IMG/VR virus record: IMGVR_UViG_3300020185_000011
Strand: one strand, 5' to 3'
DNA: 64,000 nucleotides
Source: a virus
The notes under the pieces were generated by a model. That model saw only the letters and a program-made list of their open reading frames with translations. It did not search any database and was not told where the DNA came from. Of the stretch, positions 29,651-38,670 are shown in pieces. How positions within the stretch are numbered: the first letter of the stretch is position 1; each line of letters begins with the position of its first letter. Made by a program: the position numbers and the translations under genes.

Positions 29651-31977
29651 TGGCAGGTGAAAAGAATTTTATACTTAAGAACGGTCTATCCGTAGGAACA
29701 AACGATGTTCTAGATAGTTCGGGTGACTTAGTAGCAGCTGCATTCGGAACTGCAGCTCTAGAGGTCATCGATGACCAAGTCAATACCTTACTAACAGCAG
29801 GAACAGGTGTATCATTATCATATGACGACTCTGCTGGAACACTTACAATCAACGGACAACAAGGTGATATCACTGGAGTTAATGCTGGTGCTGGTTTAAC
29901 TGGTACTGCAAGTTCGGGTGATGCAACATTAAACATCGGTGCTGGTACAGGTATTACTGTAAATGCAGATGACATTGCAATCGACCTTAAAGACGAAGAC
30001 GATATGTCTTCGAACAGTGCATCTCACGCTGCATCACAACAATCAATTAAAGCTTATGTTGATGCAAGTATTCTAACAAAAGACAACACAGACGAAATCA
30101 CAGAAGGGTCAAGTAACCTTTACTTTACAGATGCAAGAGCAAGAGCTGCTCTATCAGCAACTGGTGATATATCATACAATAGTTCAACTGGTGTATTCAG
30201 TTTCACAAACGATGCTGGTGACATCGAATCAGTAGTTGCTGGTTCGGGTTTAACTGGTGGTGCAACAAGTGGAGCTGCAACATTAAACATTGGTGGTGGA
30301 ACAGGTATCTCAGTAGCTGCAGATGCAATCTCAGTAAACATGGGTGCATTTGATTCAGATGACTTAGGTGAAGGGACAACCAATCTCTATCATACTTCAG
30401 AAAGAGTTCAAGATGTAGTTGGTGCTCAATTAGCAACTAACGGTTCACACACTGGTCTTACAGCAACTTACGATGATGCTGGTGACGGTGCAGTTGACCT
30501 TGCAGTATCTTCAGAGTATATTGCAGATACAGTTGGTGCAATGGTATCATCAAATACAGAAAGTGGTATTACAGTTGCTTACCAAGATGCAGATAACACT
30601 TTAGACTTTACAATTGGAACACTTAACCAAGATACAACAGGATTAGCAGGAACTGCTACTGCACTTGCAAATGCAAGAACTATCTCGGGTGTTTCCTTTG
30701 ACGGTACAGCAAACATCACACTAAACACTAGTGGAATTACAGAAAATACAAACCTTTACTATACAAACGAAAGAGTAGATGACAGAGTTGGTGCATTAAT
30801 TGTTGGTGGTACAAACATCACTGCAACCTATGATGATGCAGCTGGAACACTTACAATTGACGGAAACGCAGCGGACATCACAGGTGTTACAGCAGGTGAC
30901 GGTCTAAGTGGTGGTGGTTCAACTGGTGCAGTTACCTTAAACCTAGACGCATCAGTCGCTGGTGACGGTCTTGCACATTCAAGTGGTGTTCTGTCAGTCG
31001 GAGTAGACGATAGTTCAATCGAAACAAATACAGATGCATTAAGAGTCAAAGCACTTGGTATTACTAATGCCATGTTAGCAGGTTCTATTGCAAACGCAAA
31101 ATTATCAAACAGCACAATAACAGTTGATGGTCAATCAGTTGCATTGGGTGGTTCGGTCACAACAACTAACACTCAACTATCTACAGAACAAGTAGAAGAC
31201 ATCGTAAATGGATTAGTAGTTGGTGGAACAAACATCACTTCTACATATGATGATGCAGCTGGAACACTTACACTTGCTGGTTCATCAGATGCAGATATCA
31301 GAGGTTTATTATCTGCTGGTGGAGATTTATCATACAACAGTGGAACTGGTGCATTCTCATTCACAGAGAGAACAGATGCAGAAGTAAGAGGTCTAGTATC
31401 AGTAACAGACAGTGGTGGAGATGGTTCACTTTCATATAATAGTTCAACTGGTGCAATAACTTACACAGGGCCAAGTGCATCTGAGACAAGAGCTCATTTA
31501 AGTGCTGGAACTGGTGTATCATATAGTGGTGGTGCATTCAGTATTGGTCAGGCAGTTGCAACTTCAAGTAACGTAACGTTTGGAAACTTAACATTAAGTG
31601 GTAACCTAACAGTTAATGGTGCCACTTCAACAGTAAGTTCAACTAACACAACCATCGAAGATTCTTTGATTGAGTTAGGAACAGGGACAACTGGTGCTCC
31701 AGCTGGAGACGCAGGTATTGTCATTGAAAGAGGTGATGAAAGTAACGTGTTTATGGGTTGGGACGACAGTGCATCAAGTTTTGCATTCGGAACAACTACT
31801 GCAACAGGTTCTTCAACTGGTGCTTTATCAGTAACACCAGCAGCGGTATCTACAGGTGCATTAACAATAACGAATGCATCTAACAGTGGTGGAACTGCAA
31901 GAAATGTTTACCAATCAACTTCTGCACCTGGCGGTTCAGATGGAGCGGTTGGTGATATGTGGATTCTTTACTCCTAA
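29650..31977 (+). CDS. Tail-fibre-like protein 2 (candidate carrier of zipper pair C/D)
   Basis: Repeated TYDDAAGTLT, EGSSNLYFT..R and ISYNSSTG units; ends APGGSDGAVGDMWILYS. Confidence 0.7.
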   Translation: MAGEKNFILKNGLSVGTNDVLDSSGDLVAAAFGTAALEVIDDQVNTLLTAGTGVSLSYDDSAGTLTINGQQGDITGVNAGAGLTGTASSGDATLNIGAGTGITVNADDIAIDLKDEDDMSSNSASHAASQQSIKAYVDASILTKDNTDEITEGSSNLYFTDARARAALSATGDISYNSSTGVFSFTNDAGDIESVVAGSGLTGGATSGAATLNIGGGTGISVAADAISVNMGAFDSDDLGEGTTNLYHTSERVQDVVGAQLATNGSHTGLTATYDDAGDGAVDLAVSSEYIADTVGAMVSSNTESGITVAYQDADNTLDFTIGTLNQDTTGLAGTATALANARTISGVSFDGTANITLNTSGITENTNLYYTNERVDDRVGALIVGGTNITATYDDAAGTLTIDGNAADITGVTAGDGLSGGGSTGAVTLNLDASVAGDGLAHSSGVLSVGVDDSSIETNTDALRVKALGITNAMLAGSIANAKLSNSTITVDGQSVALGGSVTTTNTQLSTEQVEDIVNGLVVGGTNITSTYDDAAGTLTLAGSSDADIRGLLSAGGDLSYNSGTGAFSFTERTDAEVRGLVSVTDSGGDGSLSYNSSTGAITYTGPSASETRAHLSAGTGVSYSGGAFSIGQAVATSSNVTFGNLTLSGNLTVNGATSTVSSTNTTIEDSLIELGTGTTGAPAGDAGIVIERGDESNVFMGWDDSASSFAFGTTTATGSSTGALSVTPAAVSTGALTITNASNSGGTARNVYQSTSAPGGSDGAVGDMWILYS

Positions 31978-32028
31978 TCTAGGAGTTTAGAATTCTAATA
32001 AATAACAGTATTATTAATGGATAATTAA

Positions 32029-33459
32029 ATGGCAACAGGTTCACAAAAGGTCAAAACACCAGCAGGTTGGAATTCAACCCAAGGTGCATGGGTAAAGACA
32101 GGTTCTTCCACATGGAAAGCAGTCGACCAAATCTATATTAAAACCCCTACTGGATGGAACAATGCATCAGGGCAGACTGCAACTCAAATTCCATATCCGT
32201 ACATTGCAAATGGACAACAGCCAAACATAAGGGATGCTCAACAACCATATCCATACATTGCAAATGCACAACAACCAAACATAAGAGATGCACAGCAACC
32301 GTATCCATATATTGCTAATGCACAAGAACCAAACATAAGGGATGCACAGCAACCATATCCTTATATAGCGAATGCAAGACAACCTTCTACGTACCAACAT
32401 AGGAGTCCGTTTACATATGCAAGACAGGGACAAACACCGTTCACTTATCAACATAGGTCTCCATTTACATATAGAAACCCAGTAAATGGTCAAGAACCTA
32501 ATATACGTAATAGTCAAACACCTTTCACTTATAGAAATCCAGTGAATGGACAAGAGCCTAATATTAGAGATGCACGTCAACCTTCTACGTATCAGCATAG
32601 AAGTCCATTTACGTACAATCATAGGTCACCATTTACGTACAGTCATAGGTCTCCATTCACATATAGAAGTCCAGTGAATGCTCAAGAACCGAACATTAGA
32701 GATGCAAGACAACCTGCTACGTATCAACATAGGTCACCGTTAACATATAGTCATAGGTCTCCGTTTACATATCAGCACAGGTCTCCATTTACATATAGAA
32801 GTCCTGTAAGCGCACAGGAACCTAATATTAGAAATGCACGTCAACCTGCTACGTATCAGCACAGGTCACCTTTAACATATAGTCACAGGTCACCATTCAC
32901 GTATCAACATAGGTCACCATTTACATATAGAAGTCCTGTATCTGCTCAAGAACCTAATATACGTAATGCAAGACAACCTTCTACGTATCAACATAGAAGT
33001 CCGTTAACATATAGTCATAGGTCACCATATACATACAGTCATAGGTCTCCGTTCACTTACAGAAACCCTGTATCTGCTCAACAACCTAATATACGTTCGG
33101 CACAACAACCTAATATACGTTCGGCACAACAACCGTTTACGTTCCAAAATCCGTTTACTTATCGACAACCAAGTAATGCTAGACAACCGAATAATGCAAG
33201 GAACCCATTTACGTATAGAGTACCGTATATTGCAAATGCTAGACAACCGAATAGTGCAAGGAACCCATTCACTTATAGAGTACCTTACATTGCTAATGCA
33301 AGACAACCGAATAGTGCAAGAAGCCCATTCACTTATAGAGTACCTTACATTGCTAATGCAAGGCAACCTGTTATTTCTCAGTCACCGTTTACATATAGTC
33401 ATAGGTCACCATTCAACTACTACTTTACTGGGGGTGGTGGCAACTTCTGTGAGCCATAA
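32029..33459 (+). CDS. Repeat protein C
   Basis: N-terminal VKT..GW..WVKTG..WK..IYIKT..GW segment; 55 Pro-started units over aa 55-460; ends GGGGNFCEP. Confidence 0.85.
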   Translation: MATGSQKVKTPAGWNSTQGAWVKTGSSTWKAVDQIYIKTPTGWNNASGQTATQIPYPYIANGQQPNIRDAQQPYPYIANAQQPNIRDAQQPYPYIANAQEPNIRDAQQPYPYIANARQPSTYQHRSPFTYARQGQTPFTYQHRSPFTYRNPVNGQEPNIRNSQTPFTYRNPVNGQEPNIRDARQPSTYQHRSPFTYNHRSPFTYSHRSPFTYRSPVNAQEPNIRDARQPATYQHRSPLTYSHRSPFTYQHRSPFTYRSPVSAQEPNIRNARQPATYQHRSPLTYSHRSPFTYQHRSPFTYRSPVSAQEPNIRNARQPSTYQHRSPLTYSHRSPYTYSHRSPFTYRNPVSAQQPNIRSAQQPNIRSAQQPFTFQNPFTYRQPSNARQPNNARNPFTYRVPYIANARQPNSARNPFTYRVPYIANARQPNSARSPFTYRVPYIANARQPVISQSPFTYSHRSPFNYYFTGGGGNFCEP

Positions 33460-34752
33460 GCCGATGAAAAACATGACAAGAAATAATATTAAACTAACAG
33501 GAGTTTTAAAGTGCCTATAGGTAATAGACAACAACCTACTATTAAGAACGCACAGCAACCTGTCGCGTCTCAGAATCCGTTCACATATGCAAACAGATAT
33601 CCAGCGAGTGCTCAACAACCTTTTACGTTCCAAGCACCATTTACATATAGTGCAAGATATCCAGCGAGTGCTCAACAACCTTTTACGTTCCAAGCACCAT
33701 TTACATATAGTGCAAGATATCCAGCGAATGGACAGCAACCGTTTACGTTTCAGAATCCGTTTACTTACAGACACCCTATGTCTGCGAGACAACCTAACAA
33801 CGCAAGGAATCCATTTACATACAGTTATAGGTCTCCATTTACGTACAACTATAGGTCACCATTTACATATAGAAGTCCTGTAAATGGTCAAGAACCTAAT
33901 ATACGTTCTGCACAAGAGCCTAATATTAGAAGTCAACAAGAACCTAATATACGTTCTGCACAGACTCCGTTCACTTATCAATATAGAAGTCCGTTCACTT
34001 ATAGAAACCCTGTATCTGCTCAAGAACCTAATATTAGAAACATACAGCAACCTAACATTAGAAGTCAGCAAGAACCTAATATACGTAATAGTCAAACACC
34101 GTTCACTTATCAGCACAGGTCTCCTTTCACTTATAGGAACCCTGTATCTGCACAAGAACCGAACATTAGAGCTGCACAACAACCTAATATTAGAAGTCAA
34201 CAAGAACCTAATATTAGAAACAGTCAAACACCGTTTACGTACAATCACAGGTCTCCATCTACATATAGGAACCCTGTATCTGCTCAAGAACCTAATATAC
34301 GTTCTGCTCAAGAACCTAATATACGTTCTGCACAAGAGCCTAACATTAGGGATGCTCAGACTCCGTTCACTTATCAATATAGAAGTCCGTTCACTTATCA
34401 GAATCCTAGTAATGCACGTCAACCTGCTACATATCAGTACAGGTCACCGTTCACTTATCAGAATCCAGTAAGCGCACAGGAACCTAATATTAGAAATGCA
34501 CAGCAACCGTATCCATACATTGCAGCTGCTCAAGAACCTAATATACGTAATGCACAGACTCCGTTTACTTATCAGAGAACAGGTCAAACACCGTTCACTT
34601 ATCAGCACAGGTCTCCATTCACGTATGCAAGACAGGGTCAAACACCGTTTACGTATCAACATAGAAGTCCGTTCACATATCAAAGAACAGGTCAAACACC
34701 GTTTACGTATCAACACAGAAGTCCATTCACATATGCAAGACAGGGTCAAACC
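32191..34752 (+). repeat. Coding repeat arrays of C (32191-33408) and D (33535-34752)
   Basis: Same unit alphabet; each array is 1218 nt; includes an exact 60-nt tandem at 33601-33720. Confidence 0.9.
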
Positions 34753-34815
34753 CCCGAAGCAAGATGGGATGGAGTGGTATCACAACAGTGGCCTGCAACC
34801 CCAATTACATCATAG
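33511..34815 (+). CDS. Repeat protein D (mirror partner of C)
   Basis: AGGAG RBS with GTG start; 55 units over aa 9-414. Confidence 0.85.
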   Translation: MPIGNRQQPTIKNAQQPVASQNPFTYANRYPASAQQPFTFQAPFTYSARYPASAQQPFTFQAPFTYSARYPANGQQPFTFQNPFTYRHPMSARQPNNARNPFTYSYRSPFTYNYRSPFTYRSPVNGQEPNIRSAQEPNIRSQQEPNIRSAQTPFTYQYRSPFTYRNPVSAQEPNIRNIQQPNIRSQQEPNIRNSQTPFTYQHRSPFTYRNPVSAQEPNIRAAQQPNIRSQQEPNIRNSQTPFTYNHRSPSTYRNPVSAQEPNIRSAQEPNIRSAQEPNIRDAQTPFTYQYRSPFTYQNPSNARQPATYQYRSPFTYQNPVSAQEPNIRNAQQPYPYIAAAQEPNIRNAQTPFTYQRTGQTPFTYQHRSPFTYARQGQTPFTYQHRSPFTYQRTGQTPFTYQHRSPFTYARQGQTPEARWDGVVSQQWPATPITS

Positions 34816-34835
34816 GAACTTACCCGACAGTGAAC

Positions 34836-34862
34836 AAACCCCTCGAAAGAGGGGTTTTTTTT
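34836..34862 (+). terminator. Rho-independent terminator after repeat protein D
   Basis: AAACCCCTC-GAAA-GAGGGGTTT followed by a T tract. Confidence 0.85.
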
Positions 34863-34879
34863 ATCCTCTAAATACCAGT

Positions 34880-36460
34880 ATGAAAAATATAAGCACCCTT
34901 GAAGAAGCAAAAGAGTTAATTATCCCACAAGATTGGGACAAACTAAGAGACCAAGATAGAAGACACATTGGTAATTTCCATCTAGGTTCATTTAATATAG
35001 AACCAGGCTTTAGTAAAACTAGTGAAACATATAAAATTCTAGACTGGTTATTCAAAGAGATTCTTCCACCTGTAAAAATTGCAAAGTGGTCAGACTTTGA
35101 ATACCTAAGAAAGGAAAATAGATTTGGTGGGTTCAATGGTTTGAGAAATGAATCAGTAACCTATCACAAGTTCCTACCAAGAGGTTATGCAGAGAAACCT
35201 AGAAAGGTTATCCCAGGCGTAGCAGGTATGGATATGAAAGATGCTGATGGATATGTCGATATAGACACATTAATCGATTGGGATACCGTTGAAAATAGAG
35301 ACCAAAGTGCAGAAGGGTCATTACTATCGATGTATTATCATGGTGCAAAAGCACATTGGTTAATTCAAAGTATTCAAGAGGAAGGTCTTAGAGCTCCTAT
35401 TCAAGGATATGTTATCAGTCATGGTATTACTGGTAATAATGTAGAACCAACTTATACATTTAGAATACATCCAGGCTCTATTAGGAGTGGTGTGTTTGAA
35501 GAATTGAATGATAATGATATGGAAATTATGGTAATAGATAATTTTGATGTCGTGAAAGTTGAACCATCAAGCCTAGACGATGTGTTAGAAATGTGGTATA
35601 ATAAGTTAACGAGATTAGGTAAAGCATATCATTGTTCATTTACGTATGTTGATGGATGTATTGAATACAATACTGCATTGATGGACTTAGATTTCAGAGA
35701 AGAAGTACATGCATTCAACAAACAAGTCTTTGAACTTGCAAAGGGTAAACCCCTAACAATTTATATTGGACATGATAGTAGGCATGGAGATTTGTCTAAG
35801 TGTTCTAAGTTTGCAATCCTAGAAAGTATTAAAAGTGGATTCGGTAAAGGCTGGATGCACGACCAAGTTAAATGGGAACCCGAAGTCAAGATACTTGACA
35901 TTGCTGAGATTCCCGAGTATACTAGAGAGTATGCTAATCAAAGTACTGAATTTACATACAGTAGATTTCTAATACCTTACCTAGAGAACTATGAAGGGTT
36001 TAGTATCTTCATTGATGATGATTTCATCTTCAACAAAAGCATACTACCTATGTTCTACTATCTAAACCCAAACGATGCTGTTGCATGTATTAAATACCCA
36101 CAATACGAACATGATGCAACCAAGTTTGACGGTGAAGTTAATATCGATTATCCAAAGAAGCTGTGGTCTAGTATGATGGTGTTCAACAACGGACATGAAG
36201 ACTGTAAGAAGTTAACACCCGAAGTTGTCAACACATGGACAGGAAAACAGTTACATCAATTCGAATGGACTGATAAGATTTCACCTATACCCGAACACTA
36301 TATCTTTGTGGAAGGGTATGATAATCACGAAGAAAAGTATAATTATAGTGGTATTCACTATACTCGTGGTGGCCCATGGGTAAAAGGCATGGATTATTCT
36401 ACCATAAATAATCTTGAAGACTTTTTAAAAGTGAAAAGAAAGTTGCCAATTGGCGATTAG
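34880..36460 (+). CDS. Glycosyltransferase (C-terminal GT-A, CDI-like) fused to an uncharacterised N-terminal domain
   Basis: IYIGHDSR, QSTEFTYSRFLIPYL..YEG.SIFIDDDF (DxD), WSSMMVFN, IHYTRGGPW. Start reassigned to ATG 34880, after the terminator and late promoter. Confidence 0.8.
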   Translation: MKNISTLEEAKELIIPQDWDKLRDQDRRHIGNFHLGSFNIEPGFSKTSETYKILDWLFKEILPPVKIAKWSDFEYLRKENRFGGFNGLRNESVTYHKFLPRGYAEKPRKVIPGVAGMDMKDADGYVDIDTLIDWDTVENRDQSAEGSLLSMYYHGAKAHWLIQSIQEEGLRAPIQGYVISHGITGNNVEPTYTFRIHPGSIRSGVFEELNDNDMEIMVIDNFDVVKVEPSSLDDVLEMWYNKLTRLGKAYHCSFTYVDGCIEYNTALMDLDFREEVHAFNKQVFELAKGKPLTIYIGHDSRHGDLSKCSKFAILESIKSGFGKGWMHDQVKWEPEVKILDIAEIPEYTREYANQSTEFTYSRFLIPYLENYEGFSIFIDDDFIFNKSILPMFYYLNPNDAVACIKYPQYEHDATKFDGEVNIDYPKKLWSSMMVFNNGHEDCKKLTPEVVNTWTGKQLHQFEWTDKISPIPEHYIFVEGYDNHEEKYNYSGIHYTRGGPWVKGMDYSTINNLEDFLKVKRKLPIGD

Positions 36461-36471
36461 TATGTTATAAT
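36443..36471 (+). promoter_or_regulatory. Sigma70-type promoter
   Basis: TTGCCA-17 nt-TATAAT with extended TG. Confidence 0.65.
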
Positions 36472-36491
36472 AGTAACGAGGAACTATAATT

Positions 36492-37049
36492 ATGAATGCA
36501 TTTATATACGACAGTGATGGTACAATTTTTGTCCGTAAACCAAACGGACTGGAATACAACTATGAGAATGTCGACAAACCTGCTTTTGATTTTGAATATG
36601 ATGTTGTCATCTATGATGATATCGAAGTAAAGATTGAGAAGTGGGAAGACGGTCTAAACTTTGACCAACAACAAAAAGTTGCACTTTCAAGAGAAGAGTG
36701 TGAAATTATTGAACAATACATTGAGAATAGTGAACCACCTATGGGTCATAGTCTCAATAGTCAAATCGTTGACAGTCTCTATAGAACTACAGATAAATAT
36801 GTTGACGAAGAGTGTAGACAATACAGATTCAAAGACTTGAATGAAGCAATGTATGCTGGTAGAGAAGGTTCATCCCATCCCCATAGAAACAATGCAAGAA
36901 GAGCTCTTGAATATGCAGACGCAATCAATTGTGTTCTTGCACAACTTGTAGACGAAGTCCAACAAACTAGAGAAGATTTCTTAAAGGACTATGACGCTTA
37001 TCAGAGTGAACTACCAAGTCCATACGTACCCGAAGATACCAGAGCTTAA
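36492..37049 (+). CDS. Hypothetical protein (possibly tail-fibre-assembly-like)
   Basis: GAGG RBS; acidic 185-aa ORF; only weak remembered resemblance of the C-terminal helices to fibre chaperones. Confidence 0.5.
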   Translation: MNAFIYDSDGTIFVRKPNGLEYNYENVDKPAFDFEYDVVIYDDIEVKIEKWEDGLNFDQQQKVALSREECEIIEQYIENSEPPMGHSLNSQIVDSLYRTTDKYVDEECRQYRFKDLNEAMYAGREGSSHPHRNNARRALEYADAINCVLAQLVDEVQQTREDFLKDYDAYQSELPSPYVPEDTRA

Positions 37050-37052
37050 GTA

Positions 37053-37757
37053 ATGTTCGAAAATGTTGAGTTAGAGTTCATCAAGGAACCCTTTCATATC
37101 AAAGATATGCCTTTGAAAAATATGTATATCCTTGATGACTATCTATCTCCAACATTACATCATGCAATAGACGAACAGATAGTTCGAAAGTCTTACTGGG
37201 CAAAGACCAACCAAGTGAATTCAAACTCACCTACAGGATTACCGCACCATAGTTTTTGGGGTGCTGGGTTTTTCAGAGGAGAGAATCAAGAAATAGAACA
37301 CGGTATGGAACCTAAAGACACATACTTAATGGGATGGTTCAATAGAAAGCTACAAACTGATTTTGGTTTTATGTGGGAAAGGTTTCAATACTTTGGATTG
37401 AACTCACAAACTCAAGGATTGGAAGGAACCACACATTCAGATTGTGATATGGAAGATGATTGGAATCTATCATTCTTATATTATCCAAATAGATTTTGGA
37501 ATGATTCATGGGGTGGGTCTTTACGATTGTATGATGAACCACAACAAGGAATCCATGGAAGAGCAGACCACATTAAAAATCATCAAACACAAGAAATATA
37601 TTTTAAACCAAATAGATTGTTGATATTTGACGGAAGAATACCACATGGTGCAGATGCACCATCTCCAAAGGCACGATATATGGATAGACGTTCTTTGGTA
37701 ATAAGAGGAGACGAAATTAGTATAAGAACTTTATGGGGTGAAGATGCCTACGATTGA
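37053..37757 (+). CDS. 2OG-Fe(II) oxygenase (prolyl-hydroxylase-like)
   Basis: HSD ... LYYPN..W...WGG.L ... KPNRLLIFDGRIPH...P.....R.SL. Confidence 0.85.
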   Translation: MFENVELEFIKEPFHIKDMPLKNMYILDDYLSPTLHHAIDEQIVRKSYWAKTNQVNSNSPTGLPHHSFWGAGFFRGENQEIEHGMEPKDTYLMGWFNRKLQTDFGFMWERFQYFGLNSQTQGLEGTTHSDCDMEDDWNLSFLYYPNRFWNDSWGGSLRLYDEPQQGIHGRADHIKNHQTQEIYFKPNRLLIFDGRIPHGADAPSPKARYMDRRSLVIRGDEISIRTLWGEDAYD

Positions 37758-38670
37758 ATTCACAACTTACGATAAGAGAACCACAGAGTTATGGAGACCT
37801 GTTTTAGCTAAAAAGGTTGTTCCCGATTGGTGGAAGACCATGAAAGTTCAAGAGATGGTTCGTGGGAATAAGACTCAAACTATTAGGTCATGTCCAGCAA
37901 TGGACGACTGGTTAAAGAGTGGTTGGTACATATGTGCAAAAACAGATATGCAAGTAAAGGTAAATGAAGACGGTAGGTCAATGACAGACCCAAACAATCC
38001 CCTTCATTCTCCAACTCATCCAGCTGCACAAGGTGGTCATAACTTTACCTACCTACCCAAAGAGGATGCACCCACTAAAGATGCATTTAAAATGAGAGCT
38101 CCTTGGAATATTATTACACCACCAGGCTATTCATGTCTATATCTAGACCCCTTTCTATTTCAGAATACTCATTTTGCAACATGGCAGGGAATCATCGATA
38201 CAGATACATTCAATGTGAATATGGATAATTCTCAGATTATATTCTATCCTAAAACGAATAAGGACTTTGTAATCAAAGAGGGTACACCACTAGTACAGGT
38301 CGTTCCTTACAGAAGAGAAGTGTGGAATGCATCCTATATAACTTATGATAATAAATCATGGCAAGAGAATCGTTCTGTAAGAACTACACATAGAGTAGGA
38401 GAGGACGGTGAGAAACTCAAGACCATGGACGAATGGAATAGGTCACCCGAACTCAGAGAAGAGAAGAGACACATAGAAGGAATGGCTGGTGCATACAGAA
38501 GAATTAAATATTGGAATGAAAAGGGAAGGATGTTCAAAGAAGATAATCCACCACCCGAATGTCCTATGCACAACCCCGATGTAAATGACGAGGTAGAGAT
38601 GGAAAGGGATTATAAAAAAGAACAATTGAAACAAACTGATTTGAATTGGGATGGTCAAGATGACAGTTAG
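37744..38670 (+). CDS. Conserved hypothetical (DUF6065-like), often next to 2OG oxygenases
   Basis: TIRSCPAM.D.L..G, PW.I.TPPGYSCL, GIIDTD, GTPLVQVVPY.R. Confidence 0.55.
   Translation: MPTIEFTTYDKRTTELWRPVLAKKVVPDWWKTMKVQEMVRGNKTQTIRSCPAMDDWLKSGWYICAKTDMQVKVNEDGRSMTDPNNPLHSPTHPAAQGGHNFTYLPKEDAPTKDAFKMRAPWNIITPPGYSCLYLDPFLFQNTHFATWQGIIDTDTFNVNMDNSQIIFYPKTNKDFVIKEGTPLVQVVPYRREVWNASYITYDNKSWQENRSVRTTHRVGEDGEKLKTMDEWNRSPELREEKRHIEGMAGAYRRIKYWNEKGRMFKEDNPPPECPMHNPDVNDEVEMERDYKKEQLKQTDLNWDGQDDS

Noticed and set aside
33457-33513. Stop read-through fusing C and D (same frame)
   Set aside because: A second in-frame TAA lies in the spacer, and D has its own AGGAG RBS.
22050-34749. Long antisense and alternative-frame ORFs over the repeat arrays
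   Set aside because: Shadow ORFs produced by repetitive stop-poor codons; no RBS or promoter support.
32191-34752. C/D (or A/B) complementarity caused by a DNA inverted repeat or antisense coding
   Set aside because: Both genes are on + and share direct repeats. The reverse complement of PFTY codons reads ICEW/ISER, not PNIR, so the mirror exists only at protein level.
21963-34752. CRISPR array or DGR template/variable repeat
   Set aside because: The repeats are in-frame coding units with synonymous variation. There is no repeat-spacer structure, and no cas or reverse transcriptase gene in the window.
21918-34815. Repeat proteins as multi-core RiPP precursors
   Set aside because: No leader/cleavage pattern, protease or transporter is present. 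The mirrored register and fibre-island context fit a structural role better.
34496-34879. N-terminal extension of the glycosyltransferase ORF into repeat gene D
   Set aside because: It crosses a strong terminator; the late promoter defines ATG 34880. The open overlap is probably incidental.
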